Assembly: GCA_977020255.1 (NCBI GenBank)
Contig: CDROCS010002105.1
Span: forward strand, 372,001 to 436,000
From: Obrimoposthia wandeli
Lineage: Eukaryota
Length of the DNA: 64,000 nt
Direction: 5' to 3'
In this document: one piece after another, positions 30,432 through 39,060 of the stretch
How positions within the stretch are numbered: the first letter of the stretch is position 1
Layout of the letters: each line of letters begins with the position of its first letter
Notes under the pieces: model-generated
The model's input: the letters and a program-made list of their open reading frames with translations, nothing else
Databases searched by the model: none
Told to the model about the DNA's origin: nothing
Made by a program: the position numbers and the translations under genes

Positions 30432-32027
30432 ATGACTGTAATAGCTCAAACGTTCAACGATGAAATTGAAGTACTCAAGCAAACCAATAATTTTGATTTT
30501 ATAGAGTGTAGTTTTTCTGCGTTGTATAAATTGAGTCAGCAGGCAGAGCAGTATTATCCAACCGATCAAGCGTGTTGCTTATTGAAAGTCAGACTATTTG
30601 TTGAATTATGGTGTAATGAAGTGGCCAGCCAACTGTTTATCACACACCCCAAAAATAGTGACTTATTTACCAAAATCAGTGGGGTCTCTGCACATCAGAA
30701 AATTCCTCATTACATTTCGGATGTTCTGAATCAGCTGCGTGTTGAAGGTAATCGTCAAGTACATATTGTGCAGGATATGTACGGCCAATGGAAAAGCGAT
30801 CATTGGCTGTCGAGCCTGAAAATGAAGCAAATTATGCAAGGTGTCCATGAACTGGCGTATTTTCTTGAATACAGTATGAAAGAAAAATCCTATGAACACT
30901 TTGTCGAATGGAAAGAACCCCAACGCAATCAAATGTCAGAATATGTTTATGAGGCGATGTCTGGAAACGCTGAGGCAACCTTTAAAATAGCTAAACATTA
31001 TTCAGTGTTACTCGAGCAACTTGAAAAGCAACCGCACACTCGAGAAGACCAATACCTGTTACAACGTGACTTAGGTTATTGGTTACGAAAAGCGGATGAT
31101 CAGCAGCACCCTGAAACATGGCTATTATATGCAACATCTTATGTGAACAAGCATTTAGTGGTGCCTAGTAACTGTTCTGTTAATGATTACTTTTTAAAAG
31201 CGATAGAGTGCGATAGTGATGGTGAAGCTGAATACCAGTTTGGCCTCTATTTAGACCGAAAAAATGAGCAAAAGCGAGCCATTGGTTATATCGAGGCTGC
31301 GGCAGCGAAAAGGCACCATCAGGCACTTCGAAAATTACAGGAACATTATTGGCACAAAGATAACGATAAATATGAGTTCTATGTCTCCTCTGGTGTCGAG
31401 GCGAAAGAATCAAGATCGTTTCTATTGATGGCTTTTGTCGAGATTGATAAATGGCTTAAGTATCCAGAGGATGAATTACAAGCGAGAAAATCACGTTCAG
31501 CTTTATTATGTTCATTGCATCGTAATGTCGTGGGAAGTGGATTTTTGCTGGGTTACTGTCATGTGTTTGGTTACTTAGGTTACAAGCAAGATCAGTCTAT
31601 GGGGTTAAAAATGATGGCCGAACATCATGGAAATGTCTCGATTTTTATTCAAAGTACTAAGTTGGCCTTTGATGCATTTAGTCTTGATGTTGACTATGCC
31701 ACGAAAGCGATCAAAGTCGCGCCTTTAGCGCTAAAGTATCTGCCAGAGGAACAAAAACCGACTCTGAAGTTTGACCTAGCAATGCTTGCTTTAGAGGAAA
31801 TGAGAGCCGGTAAAACCGTAAAAATACCGCTCGATGTAAAAAGCTTAATAAGAGAATCAGCCGAGGATGGATATGTTCCCGCTATGGAATTTACGTCTTC
31901 AAAAGAAGGAAAGGCATTGTTGGAAGATACCAGTATAAGAATGAAGCGCCGAACAAATAAAGTGGTTGATCGTTCTAAACAAAAGAAAGCGAAAAAACAG
32001 GCTCGAAAAGCAAAACGTAATAAATAA
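30432..32027 (+). CDS. DUF4145 (HEPN-like) N-terminal domain + Sel1-like repeats + basic tail
   Basis: N-terminus NFDFI...LY.L...AE..YP.D....LLK.RLF.E ... LNQLRVEGNRQVH resembles the DUF4145 domain of type I HsdR; Sel1-like AEYQFGLYL...AIGYIEAAA and LLGYCHVFGYLGYKQDQSMGL; tail KQKKAKKQARKAKRNK. Confidence 0.65.
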   Translation: MTVIAQTFNDEIEVLKQTNNFDFIECSFSALYKLSQQAEQYYPTDQACCLLKVRLFVELWCNEVASQLFITHPKNSDLFTKISGVSAHQKIPHYISDVLNQLRVEGNRQVHIVQDMYGQWKSDHWLSSLKMKQIMQGVHELAYFLEYSMKEKSYEHFVEWKEPQRNQMSEYVYEAMSGNAEATFKIAKHYSVLLEQLEKQPHTREDQYLLQRDLGYWLRKADDQQHPETWLLYATSYVNKHLVVPSNCSVNDYFLKAIECDSDGEAEYQFGLYLDRKNEQKRAIGYIEAAAAKRHHQALRKLQEHYWHKDNDKYEFYVSSGVEAKESRSFLLMAFVEIDKWLKYPEDELQARKSRSALLCSLHRNVVGSGFLLGYCHVFGYLGYKQDQSMGLKMMAEHHGNVSIFIQSTKLAFDAFSLDVDYATKAIKVAPLALKYLPEEQKPTLKFDLAMLALEEMRAGKTVKIPLDVKSLIRESAEDGYVPAMEFTSSKEGKALLEDTSIRMKRRTNKVVDRSKQKKAKKQARKAKRNK

Positions 32028-32186
32028 CTGAGTTGAAGCCATATTTACTACTGGGTGCCTAGCTAGCGCTTTTAAGTGTCCAGCAGCAAGTCGTCTATAA
32101 ACCTGAGATTAATCTACTAACTTAATAGCAAACAGTGTGTATTGTTATTTGAATGTTGAGTATGAATGTTATGTGTAATAAATGTA

Positions 32187-33203
32187 CCTGATTACCACTT
32201 AAATTCCGCCAATTGACTACACTTAAAATGAAATAAAAAGTGAGGCGGTGATCATGGCTAAAAATAAAGTCCAATTCCAAAAAAGTATTTCAATACATGC
32301 TTTTATTTCACAACTAGGTACTGAAGAGCAATGTCGAAAACGACTGTTTGATATGCGATGGCCTACTGGTTACCTATGTGAACATTGTGGCTGTGATAAG
32401 TATTGTGAATTGAAATCAAGAAAACTTTATCAATGTAACCAGTGCCATCATCAAGGATCAGTTACGTCTGGCACCTTATTTTCCGCTTCAAAATTGCCAT
32501 TAAACATATGGTTTTTAGCTATTTACCTCATAACTCAAGAGAAAAATGGTATTTCTGCATTAGAGCTGTCTCGCCAGCTTGGCATTTCCTATAACGCGGC
32601 ATGGCGTATGAAGCATAAATTGATGCAAACAATGAAAGAGCGAGATGATGAAACACCATTGAATGGTTACATTCAACTGGACGATGTTTATTGGGGAGGA
32701 GTCCACCGTGGCACCCGAGGGCGTGGAGCCAAAGGAAAACGTCCTTTCGTTGCCGCAGTATCAATGAACGAAGATGGTCACCCAATTAACATGCGATTTA
32801 GTGTTGTAACAGGTTTTAAAACCAAAGAATTAACGCGTTGGGCGAAAGCGAATCTTGTACCTAAATCTCTCGTTATTTCTGATGGTTTGGCTTGCTTTAA
32901 GGGGGTTAAAAAAGCGGATGTTTTTCACCTAGCTATCGTCACTGGCGGCGGTGCTGATTGCGTAGAATTGCCTTACTTTCAATGGGTCAACACAATGATT
33001 AGTAATGTGAAAAATTCAATGCACGGTACTTACCATGCAATAAACAAAAAACATTTACCTCGTTATCTCGGAGAATTCTGTTTTAAGTTCAATAGGCGCT
33101 TCAATCTTGAAAAAATGCTCGAACAGCTCATTTACTCAAGTATCCAGACAGCACCGATGCCTGAGCGGTTACTTAAACTGGCTGAGGCTCGGTGGTAATC
33201 AGG
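32187..33203 (+). mobile_element. Intact IS1595-family insertion sequence (1017 bp)
   Basis: Terminal inverted repeats CCTGATTACCAC / GTGGTAATCAGG; 8-bp target duplication TAAATGTA at 32179-32186 and 33204-33211. Confidence 0.95.
32254..33198 (+). CDS. IS1595-family DDE transposase
   Basis: Zinc ribbon CEHC...YQCNQCHHQ.SVTSGTLF, GISALELSRQLGISYNAAW, IQLDDVYWGG, VISDG, KHLPRYLGEF.FKFNRR. Confidence 0.95.
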   Translation: MAKNKVQFQKSISIHAFISQLGTEEQCRKRLFDMRWPTGYLCEHCGCDKYCELKSRKLYQCNQCHHQGSVTSGTLFSASKLPLNIWFLAIYLITQEKNGISALELSRQLGISYNAAWRMKHKLMQTMKERDDETPLNGYIQLDDVYWGGVHRGTRGRGAKGKRPFVAAVSMNEDGHPINMRFSVVTGFKTKELTRWAKANLVPKSLVISDGLACFKGVKKADVFHLAIVTGGGADCVELPYFQWVNTMISNVKNSMHGTYHAINKKHLPRYLGEFCFKFNRRFNLEKMLEQLIYSSIQTAPMPERLLKLAEARW

Positions 33204-33684
33204 TAAATGTAAGTGCAAATGTAAACATGAACATGTTACAAAAATTAAAAGAAATGTTTGGCAGCGTATTTTTTATAAATCAATATTCAAGTGTAAGGGT
33301 TGTGGTGAATTAATTAAATTATAAATGTCATCATAATAAAGTTTAAAATGAAGTTATATTCTAGGTTGGCTTGCTGATAAACATGCTAGTAACTTATTTC
33401 CTTTACATGTTTAGGTTTCAATCTGACAAGTGAAACAGACTGAAAACAGGCAGTTAGAAGTTTGCTTAGTGTACTGAAAGTTGGGTTTTATTAATTGATA
33501 TCATAAAGTTGTGATGTAAATGACTTGTTTTCATAAAATTAATTGATTTTATTATTGAGTGTTATTGGAATTGATTGTCACAATGTATATTATTCATCAG
33601 TGTATAATAGTGACTAATTTATCTGAGTCTTAGCTTGATATAAGTTCTTATATTTTTTGCTGAAATTAAATATTGGGTGTAAAG

Positions 33685-35334
33685 ATGGAATTAAAAAAAT
33701 ACATTAGTAATGAAGGGAACCTTCTTAAAAAATTAAGTCAAAAATATGACGTCACCACAGATGTTTTAGATCACATTTTAGTCGATAACTTCAAGTTTCA
33801 GGTTCGCTTACCGTTGATTGGTGCATTTAGTTCTGGAAAATCAAGTTTGGTAAATTCGTTGCTGAAAGACCGTATTTTCCCTGTGGAGGTAAACCCTGAA
33901 ACATGTTTGCCTGCAGAAGTGCATTACGGCCTAGAGGAAAATTTAAGTCTTTGTGAGTTATCAGGAGAGAGTAGACCGATAACTCGGCCTCAAATTAAAG
34001 CGCAGGATTATGGGTTAGCGGAAGATGGCAATGTAACAAGGTGGTTGGACGTCGCACTACCAAACCCTATTTTAGCGCAATGTCCGGAATTAGTATTAGT
34101 GGATATGCCTGGCTGGGAGTCAGGAATTGCTCAGCATAGTCATGCTATTGATAATTATGTTCACCGTAGTGGTGCTTATTGTCTGGTTGTTAGTGTAGAT
34201 GATGGTAACTTGCGCGAAAGCCTAAAGCGGGTTTTAGCCGAGCTAAAACTTTTTAATAAGCCAATCATGGTGGTATTGACCAAATGCGATAAGCGCCCTG
34301 AAGAAGATACAGAAGCGGTTGCTAGGCAAATTGTTGCTGAGGTCGAGAGTGTGATTGGGTCGGCACCGTTAGCTGTAGTTAAAGTATCACGCAAGAAAAA
34401 TATAGAAGCTTTTATTTCTGCCGTTCATCAGGTCAACCAATTGTCGAGTGATATTCACCATCAGGCAATCATCAAACCGCTGAAAGCATATATTTCACAG
34501 TTAGAATCCACGTTGAGAGTATTACTCAATGATGACAATATTGAAGTGGAACAAATTGCCGTCGAGCAACAGCAACGCCAGCATGAATTAGAAGTGCTAA
34601 AAGTACAGCTTAATGAAGCAGGGGAACTACTCGACAGTATTGTGCCAACCACTGTTGATCGTGTGCTTGAGTTATTCAGTAATCGCCTAACCGCTCAAGT
34701 CGATAGCTTGGCTCGTGCTGCGATTCACCAAGGTGATATCGAGGGTATTATTGGTTCAACTCAGCGTCTAGCATTTACTGAAGGGCTGGAATTAGAGTTC
34801 AAGCCTCGTATTCGCCAGCAGATCCAATCGATAAGCCCAATCAATGCCGAGGATCCTCAAGGGTTTTCTGTCGAAATGAATTTTAAATCAAGTGGCGAGA
34901 ACAGTATAACCAAAGACATTCTCAGTGATGTTCTTCCGATGCTTATTGGTGTTTTAACCCGTACTCCCATTTTAATCCCCCTTGCTCCTTTGATTACTCG
35001 CCTGATTAAAGGGGTATTTGCAAACAAAGAGAAAGAATTTCAAGCTCGTCAGCACTTGGAAGATGCGAAGCAGTATGTGTTGAGCTCGTTAATCCCAGAT
35101 ATTTGTGCACGATCTCGAAATACGGTTGAAGAAGCACTCTTAAAATCAGTGGCAGAAATTAAGCAACAATTGATGAGCGATACGGAATTACGTGGTGAAC
35201 AGCACCTCGAAGCATTGCGTAAGCTGGCCGTGAACCTTGAACAAAGTCAGCAGCAGCAACGTCAGCTGAAAGATGAGTATCTGGCAGATTTAGATACGTT
35301 ATTAACATTCACAGCTGGGCTGGAGGTTAAATAA
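33685..35334 (+). CDS. Dynamin-like GTPase 1
   Basis: G1 GAFSSGKSS, G2 region PET, G3 DMPG, G4 TKCD, helical C-terminus with hydrophobic paddle (VLPMLIGVLTRTPILIPLAPLI). Confidence 0.85.
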   Translation: MELKKYISNEGNLLKKLSQKYDVTTDVLDHILVDNFKFQVRLPLIGAFSSGKSSLVNSLLKDRIFPVEVNPETCLPAEVHYGLEENLSLCELSGESRPITRPQIKAQDYGLAEDGNVTRWLDVALPNPILAQCPELVLVDMPGWESGIAQHSHAIDNYVHRSGAYCLVVSVDDGNLRESLKRVLAELKLFNKPIMVVLTKCDKRPEEDTEAVARQIVAEVESVIGSAPLAVVKVSRKKNIEAFISAVHQVNQLSSDIHHQAIIKPLKAYISQLESTLRVLLNDDNIEVEQIAVEQQQRQHELEVLKVQLNEAGELLDSIVPTTVDRVLELFSNRLTAQVDSLARAAIHQGDIEGIIGSTQRLAFTEGLELEFKPRIRQQIQSISPINAEDPQGFSVEMNFKSSGENSITKDILSDVLPMLIGVLTRTPILIPLAPLITRLIKGVFANKEKEFQARQHLEDAKQYVLSSLIPDICARSRNTVEEALLKSVAEIKQQLMSDTELRGEQHLEALRKLAVNLEQSQQQQRQLKDEYLADLDTLLTFTAGLEVK

Positions 35335-36887
35335 TGCACCATCAAGATGAGCCTACGGCACTAACTCCTGAGCTATTAGCCCAACGCTATTCGTTACTCT
35401 GTCGGGCGTGTGATGCTGAAGTAAGCCCAAATAGAAATTTGGATATTGCTTTAACGCAGTTGGAAAAGATTATTAGGGAGGATCTGCCAGAATTGGCTCG
35501 GCAAGGTAGTCCAGCGAATGTGGCTGATATTCTGCGGGCATTTGAAGCCGAGCTGGCACGCTTCCGTGATTTCTGCGAATTTCCACTGCTGGCAAGTAAA
35601 TCGGTCGTTGCTGTTGGCGGAGCGTTCAGTGCGGGTAAATCAAGCTTTATTAATCGGTTGATTAAGACTAAATGCCTAGCAACAGAAGTGGATCCAACCA
35701 CATCGTTACCGACTTATGTATTGCGTGGCAAACCGGGGATCATGGCATTAAATACCTACAATCGTGCAGTTTCAATTACTCCAGAAGAGTTTGCAACTCT
35801 GACGCACGATGAAAAGCAGTTGTATGGCAGTCAAGTGAGTTGTCTTTTACAGTCGGCATTTGTCACTTTACCTGAATTTTCTTGGCAAAACCTGACATTG
35901 CTGGACACCCCTGGCTATACAAAGTCCGAAGATGAAGGCCGTGGTACTCGTACCGATGCGAACTTGGCTAAAGCTCAGCTCAATAGTGCTAATTATATTA
36001 TTTGGGCGATGTCAGCGGAGTCGGGCACGATATCGGAAGAAGACTTAACCTTTCTGGCGTCATTGAAACGTGATATTCCCAAGTTGGTTATAGTGACTCG
36101 TGCGGATAAGCGTGATCAGGAAGATATCGACAATGTCGTAGCTTTAGTTTGCTATACCTTGGCAAACCGTGGGATTGAGGTACTGGATGTGGTGCCTTAC
36201 TCCAACCGAAAGAAGCGCTTGTATCCTATAGAATCTGTGACTGACTATATGGATAGCTGGAATTTATCGCAGCATCCTTTGCAGTTTGCTCAAGAGTTTA
36301 AACGGCAATTCTTGCACTATCAGCGCTATATTGATGAGCAAAACCGGATTGCGAACCTGCGCTTGCATCGGTTAAACCGCATTTTAGCCTTGAGTGAAGA
36401 CTCCGATTTGACCAAAGAAGCCGATGCGCTTAAAAACTTGGCACAAAAAGAGTTACACCAGCTTGAACGGCTAGGGGAAAAGCTTACTGGCAACAGTGTA
36501 CAGTTCTTTTCTCAGCTTAAGTATATCGGTGATATGGCAGGTGTTGCCTTGCCGGAACCGAGTGCCGTTGAATTGATGGATTTCGAGGAGAGTAATCTGC
36601 TTGATATGCTGCGAAGCCTTCGTGAGCAGCTGGAATTGGATGAACCCGCTGAGCCTCAATTGGAAACGTTATTATCAGCTCCGATAACAGAATCCGCCTT
36701 AGCTAAAATATTACGACGTGATTTTCAAACAGTTCCGATCTTGGAGACGCTGTTAGATGAGCCTTGTTTAGTAAGCCTCCCAGCGATATTACGTGAAAAA
36801 CGTCCGGTTCAAGATGTATTGGATTTGTTGGCTCTTGGCAATCCAACCAATGTGGATGTTGATGAAGTTGAAGGAGTACGGTTATGA
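35334..36887 (+). CDS. Dynamin-like GTPase 2
   Basis: G1 GAFSAGKSS, PTT, G3 DTPG, G4 TRAD, VVPYS; C-terminal tail with a 28-aa internal repeat. Confidence 0.85.
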   Translation: MHHQDEPTALTPELLAQRYSLLCRACDAEVSPNRNLDIALTQLEKIIREDLPELARQGSPANVADILRAFEAELARFRDFCEFPLLASKSVVAVGGAFSAGKSSFINRLIKTKCLATEVDPTTSLPTYVLRGKPGIMALNTYNRAVSITPEEFATLTHDEKQLYGSQVSCLLQSAFVTLPEFSWQNLTLLDTPGYTKSEDEGRGTRTDANLAKAQLNSANYIIWAMSAESGTISEEDLTFLASLKRDIPKLVIVTRADKRDQEDIDNVVALVCYTLANRGIEVLDVVPYSNRKKRLYPIESVTDYMDSWNLSQHPLQFAQEFKRQFLHYQRYIDEQNRIANLRLHRLNRILALSEDSDLTKEADALKNLAQKELHQLERLGEKLTGNSVQFFSQLKYIGDMAGVALPEPSAVELMDFEESNLLDMLRSLREQLELDEPAEPQLETLLSAPITESALAKILRRDFQTVPILETLLDEPCLVSLPAILREKRPVQDVLDLLALGNPTNVDVDEVEGVRL

Positions 36888-37675
36888 AAATAAACACATT
36901 GCATCAGTTAATTGATGAAGCCAAATTAGAATTGTATCCGCTAGATGCACACATATTATCCGGTCAATCTGAGTGGGATCGTGAACAATACGCAATTTTG
37001 CTTGCTGCAGTTTTGATCGGTGATGGCACTGTATCTGAAGCACAATGCCGGGTGTTTGGATTATTACTGGCCGCATTACATTTACCTACTGAGCCAGCAA
37101 GATATTTTGCTCAGGTGGGCCAAGTTGATAAGTCGACAGTTATTGAATTTGTTAATAGATATAAAAGTCAGGATGTCGCCAAGGCATTTGTATTTGATGC
37201 GGCGGTTTTAGAAAAATTATCAGAAAACAGTTCGTCTGAATCAAAACAGTTCCTTTTCGAAATTATCCAGTTGTTAGATGTTAATTTTAATGAACTGGTC
37301 GTTTTTTACAAACTACTTATCACGGAGGAAATGGAAATAAATCATAGTGATAAGTTTGTAATTAAATCAGATGTTTATGAAGTAATAGAGAGGGTTAATA
37401 AAAGGGGGGGTATTTTTACAAATGCATTTTTTTTTGCATTAAATGATATGGCCAATCAAACTTGCAAAATAAATAAAGATATGAGGCTGCTATATGAGAT
37501 CGAAGATAATACCCTTGTTTACCACTCAACTGTTGAAAACATTGGAACTGTTCAATGGGGTGAAAGTACGTACCAATCGCAGCGAGTGAAGGTCTGTTAT
37601 GGCATTTCATATTTACCTTCGCTTCATCACTGGAAGCCAGTATTTCAAGATATCATAGAAGGAAGTTGCGCATGA
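36884..37675 (+). CDS. Hypothetical protein with TerB-like N-terminal domain
   Basis: YAILLAAVLIGDGTVSEAQ..VFGLLL resembles the TerB (A)DG.vs..E motif; ATGA overlap with the upstream gene; AT-rich C-terminal half. Confidence 0.55.
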   Translation: MKINTLHQLIDEAKLELYPLDAHILSGQSEWDREQYAILLAAVLIGDGTVSEAQCRVFGLLLAALHLPTEPARYFAQVGQVDKSTVIEFVNRYKSQDVAKAFVFDAAVLEKLSENSSSESKQFLFEIIQLLDVNFNELVVFYKLLITEEMEINHSDKFVIKSDVYEVIERVNKRGGIFTNAFFFALNDMANQTCKINKDMRLLYEIEDNTLVYHSTVENIGTVQWGESTYQSQRVKVCYGISYLPSLHHWKPVFQDIIEGSCA

Positions 37676-39057
37676 TATCGTTACTAGGAGATTTTGATAG
37701 TCTGCGCCAAGAGCGAGAACCACTACAACCACATGCAGCCATCATGCTTGATGAACCAAAAAAGAAACAATATGCAGCCTTAGTCACTATGTTTATGCTT
37801 GCTGGTGGTCAAGTTAATGCAAAGCAGGAACGTCTGTTAGGGTTATGGCTTAAGGCGCTCTCTCTTAATACCTCGTTAGCTGATGTACTGGAAAGCGCAC
37901 AGCAAATGAATATTGATGCTTTACGCAATGCGATAGCCGTAATCGAGCAGCATGATTTGGTGGAACATTGCTTAGTTGATATTCTAGTCTTTATCCGTAT
38001 TGGCGGGGCGAGCTCAGACACCATCACAGCTTTACTCGCAGAGTGGGTGACTTTGCTTAAGATATCTAAAGAGAAAGTGTCTGATGCTGTAATTTTTGTA
38101 TCTCGTATACTCGGTGCTACCGACATCTTCGCTTTCAGCTTGGAATTCTGTCCAACTCAGTATGGCGTATGGTTAGAGTTCTTTGCCACACCGATAACTC
38201 AGGCTGATTTGGAAAATGGTATTGAGGGCGGTGCTTGGTTAGTGACTAGTGATATCACGGTCGAGAAAGAAGTGACTATCAATAATGCTGAACTCTGGTT
38301 TGTTGGCAATACCACTCTGGCCTTTAATGGGGCTGGTAATACTGTAATCAAAAAAACTTTATTGCGTAGGCCTCTGGTGACGGTCAGTCATCCGAATTTA
38401 GTTTTAATATTAGAAGACTCTTCGGTAGAAGGTGTTTACCAGCATAACATGCTTGTCACGGCAATGTTGGTAGAAGCGGCTGATCGTTTTGTGTCGCGAC
38501 GTTGTCATTACCAGACGGTAGATGCTCGTACATATTACTTTGGTGCAGAAGTGTCATTTGAATTTGAAGGTGGATCATTTTCATGCTGTGGTAATAAGGC
38601 GAAGAATGGCGGAGCGATCGCATCTCGTACGGGGACGAATATCACTAATAAATTGTCCGGCGTAAAGTTTAAAAACTGTGTGGCTAATATTGGTGCTGTT
38701 ATCTATATGCACTACGCGGCGGAAAAAACCTTCTATCAATGTGAAATAATCAATTGTCATTCTGATGTTGATTTTGGTAAATATAATGCTGGTTCAATTT
38801 ACCTTCTTGATGCAAATAGTGGTTTTATGATCGCTTCGACTGTTATTAATAGCAATATTTCATTACGTGATACATGGCATCATTCAGATTCTGTGTTTAT
38901 TGTTGATTCTTTTTTAAAAAGTTGCATGATAAATTTTTCAAGAGAAGATGGTAATAGAAATGAATTTTTATGTGATAAAACAAGAGACATTAGCGGTGCT
39001 ACCAATCAGCAAGTAAAAAAACATTCTTCATCCCTGCCAAATAGCTTGAGTTTTTAA
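37672..39057 (+). CDS. TerB-like N-terminal domain + right-handed beta-helix (pectin-lyase-like) C-terminal domain
   Basis: N-terminus paralogous to 36884-37675; C-terminal repeats such as NGGAIA, FKNCVANIGAVIY, IINCHS; ATGA overlap at 37672. Confidence 0.55.
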   Translation: MISLLGDFDSLRQEREPLQPHAAIMLDEPKKKQYAALVTMFMLAGGQVNAKQERLLGLWLKALSLNTSLADVLESAQQMNIDALRNAIAVIEQHDLVEHCLVDILVFIRIGGASSDTITALLAEWVTLLKISKEKVSDAVIFVSRILGATDIFAFSLEFCPTQYGVWLEFFATPITQADLENGIEGGAWLVTSDITVEKEVTINNAELWFVGNTTLAFNGAGNTVIKKTLLRRPLVTVSHPNLVLILEDSSVEGVYQHNMLVTAMLVEAADRFVSRRCHYQTVDARTYYFGAEVSFEFEGGSFSCCGNKAKNGGAIASRTGTNITNKLSGVKFKNCVANIGAVIYMHYAAEKTFYQCEIINCHSDVDFGKYNAGSIYLLDANSGFMIASTVINSNISLRDTWHHSDSVFIVDSFLKSCMINFSREDGNRNEFLCDKTRDISGATNQQVKKHSSSLPNSLSF

Positions 39058-39060
39058 ACT

